A stretch of 64,000 nt of DNA from assembly GCA_038214755.1 (NCBI GenBank), contig JBBQRQ010000002.1, forward strand, positions 1 to 64,000, given 5' to 3'. The stretch is from Verrucomicrobiota bacterium (lineage in GTDB: Bacteria; Verrucomicrobiota; Verrucomicrobiia; Limisphaerales; CANJXF01). Shown here in pieces: positions 62,302-64,000 of the stretch. Numbering within the stretch: the stretch's first letter is position 1; every line of letters begins with the position of its first letter. A model generated the notes under the pieces. That model did no database searches, had not been told where the DNA came from, and worked only from the letters and a program-made list of their open reading frames with translations. The position numbers and the translations under genes are program-made.

Positions 62302-63999
62302 TCAAACAATTCCTTTGCCGAACGAATCGTCTTTTCTGGGGCGAATCGGGCCGAGCTTGATCACATTCTCTGGATCGAAGTCCGTCAGCTTGAGCCAATC
62401 TTCCGTGATGTCGGTTGGCGGAAACAGGTCGTTTTCTTCGTACTCCTTTTTCAAGCCGTTCAATAAATCTTCACGCGTCAGTTGCGTTTCCTGGTTCGTT
62501 TCAATGGTGCGTTTGATGGCAAGGCTTTTCGCCCGCTCGACCACCGCCGCGATGATGGCGCCGCTGGCCAGATCGCCTCGATGCAGAAAATCTTTTTTCC
62601 CGCTGCGATAGACAATTTCCAAAAATTGATTTTCCGGCGTGCGCGCAAAATGCGCTTCGGTGATGGCTTGCGCCAAATCTTTTTTCGGTTCGGCCAGTGG
62701 CAACGAGTCGCGCAAATAAATTTCGTAAATATTTTGCGCGCCAGTTTTGTCCGGGCGATTGACTTTTATTTTTCGATCAATGCGGCCGGGACGCAAAATC
62801 GCCGGGTCAATCAAGTCCGCGCGGTTCGAGGCGAGAATTACGACGACGTTGTGCAGCGGCTCCAATCCGTCCATCTCGGTGCAAAACATCGGGACGAGCG
62901 TGCTCAAAATGCTGGAGTAACGCCCCGCGCGCCGCGTGCCGAGAATGGATTCCGCCTCGTCGATGAAGAGAAATGCGAGAGCGCCGTCGCTGGCCCGTTC
63001 GCGGCATTGGGAAAAAAGATCGCGCACCTGCCGTTCGGATTCGCCGACCCACATGTTCAAAATTTCCGGGCCTTTGACGTGCAGAAAAAATTCGGGGTGA
63101 TCGACACCGGTTTGATTTTTAATTTGTTGACGCAGGTTGAACGCGGTCGCTTTGCCCAAAAGAGTTTTTCCGCAGCCGGGCGGGCCATGCAAAAGAAAAC
63201 CTTTCGGGACGGTGTGCTGAAAACGTTTGAACAAATCACGGTGCAAGAAAGGAAGTTCGATGGTGTCGCGAATCGCTTGCACCGCTTCTTCCTGACCGCC
63301 GACGGCAGCCCAGGGAAGTTCATCCACTTTTTCCAGCGAGCGTTCGATGCGTTTGCCGACGCCGATGACTTCGAGAGCGACACGCTGATTGGCGTCGAGG
63401 CGAATATCCATTCCCGGCTTCAACTTTTCTTTGGCGAGCAAGGAGGAACGAAGAAGGACGAGCGGCGAAAAGCCGGATTCCTGCCCGATGCGCAGACGTC
63501 CGTCGGAAAGCAATTCGTCGATGCGAACAATCGGGCCGTTGCGATCAAAGCCAAGTCCCTGCACGACGGCGAAAGCTTCGTTGCACAAAACGCGCTGGCC
63601 GATTTGCAAACTGGCCAGCGGGATTTGCGGGTCGAGCCGGCAAACGTAATCTGAGCCACCGACGCACACGTGCGCTTTGTCCGGATCAATCGGCATGAGA
63701 AAAGTGCCCACGCGAAAGGCGGGCGAGCGGAGTTTTTCGACAATCGCGTCGAGCTTTTCAATGGCTTGACGCGCTTGCTCATTGATTTCTTCCATCTCAG
63801 AAATGCGGTCGCGCAAATAAATCAAATCGAGGATGGAGGTGTGGCGTGGAGGAAGTTTTTGGGCGATGAGATCGACGAGTTGCAGCGTGGAAAGGGAATC
63901 CAATTGCTCGCGGGAAAGGAAATCTCCGAGCGGCGCAACCGGCTCGGGTTTTTCGCGCGGTGTTTCCGTTGGAGGTCGGGGCGCGGGCTTTTTTTTCGG
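62302..63999 (-). CDS. arc: Proteasomal AAA ATPase ARC/Mpa-like (5' end beyond window)
   Basis: N-terminal coiled coil + OB domains, GPPGCGKT, KGPEILNMWVGESERQVR, FIDEAES, SNRADLIDPAILRPGRID, SGAIIAAVVERAK; frame open to the window end. Confidence 0.9.
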   Translation of the reverse strand, partial: PKKKPAPRPPTETPREKPEPVAPLGDFLSREQLDSLSTLQLVDLIAQKLPPRHTSILDLIYLRDRISEMEEINEQARQAIEKLDAIVEKLRSPAFRVGTFLMPIDPDKAHVCVGGSDYVCRLDPQIPLASLQIGQRVLCNEAFAVVQGLGFDRNGPIVRIDELLSDGRLRIGQESGFSPLVLLRSSLLAKEKLKPGMDIRLDANQRVALEVIGVGKRIERSLEKVDELPWAAVGGQEEAVQAIRDTIELPFLHRDLFKRFQHTVPKGFLLHGPPGCGKTLLGKATAFNLRQQIKNQTGVDHPEFFLHVKGPEILNMWVGESERQVRDLFSQCRERASDGALAFLFIDEAESILGTRRAGRYSSILSTLVPMFCTEMDGLEPLHNVVVILASNRADLIDPAILRPGRIDRKIKVNRPDKTGAQNIYEIYLRDSLPLAEPKKDLAQAITEAHFARTPENQFLEIVYRSGKKDFLHRGDLASGAIIAAVVERAKSLAIKRTIETNQETQLTREDLLNGLKKEYEENDLFPPTDITEDWLKLTDFDPENVIKLGPIRPRKDDSFGKGIV

Positions 64000-64000
64000 T

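Noticed and set aside
62118..62309. 64-aa N-terminal extension of Dop in the ORF track
   Set aside because: It is translation through a REP doublet; family similarity starts at MNIQFGIETE (62117). The same applies to the extended starts at 6116, 50112, 50892, 51435, 56203 and 56224.
62482..63654. Long antisense ORFs (also 33999-35099, 60747-61628, 57085-57885, 43347-44105)
   Set aside because: Shadow frames of well-supported genes in GC-rich DNA, with no recognisable motifs

Overview
This is a bacterial chromosomal segment. It is most consistent with a Verrucomicrobiota (Pedosphaera-like) genome, an inference from the DUF1501/DUF1553 pair, sulfatase, CE15 esterase, delta-60 protein with a verrucomicrobial-type C-terminal domain, and Dop/ARC genes outside Actinobacteria. 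The backbone is housekeeping: nuoF-N (complex I), pyk, fmt, ogt, ispF, ribBA-ribH, tRNA-Leu(GAG), ECF sigma/anti-sigma, rnhB-yraN, dus, manC, trpA, and Pup-proteasome-type dop and arc. The unusual feature is how heavily small selfish modules have colonised this backbone. (1) Five of the eight nuo gene junctions carry TA, nuclease or transposase cassettes, and two leave duplicated nuo gene ends (nuoF 3' end; a divergent nuoM 5' end). (2) There are about 20 REP/REPIN palindromes from many families, two of them translated inside nuoM and fmt. (3) 7-mer and 8-mer microsatellites form terminal inverted repeats around a four-helix-bundle gene and also sit in frame inside nuoG and other genes. (4) A YhcG nuclease has a repeated peptide motif encoded by three different 25-bp palindromes. 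(5) A delta-60 repeat protein has near-identical 156-bp repeats that vary mainly at codon positions 1-2 of a few NNY codons. No integrase, reverse transcriptase or CRISPR array was seen. All family calls come from motif recognition; no database searches were run.
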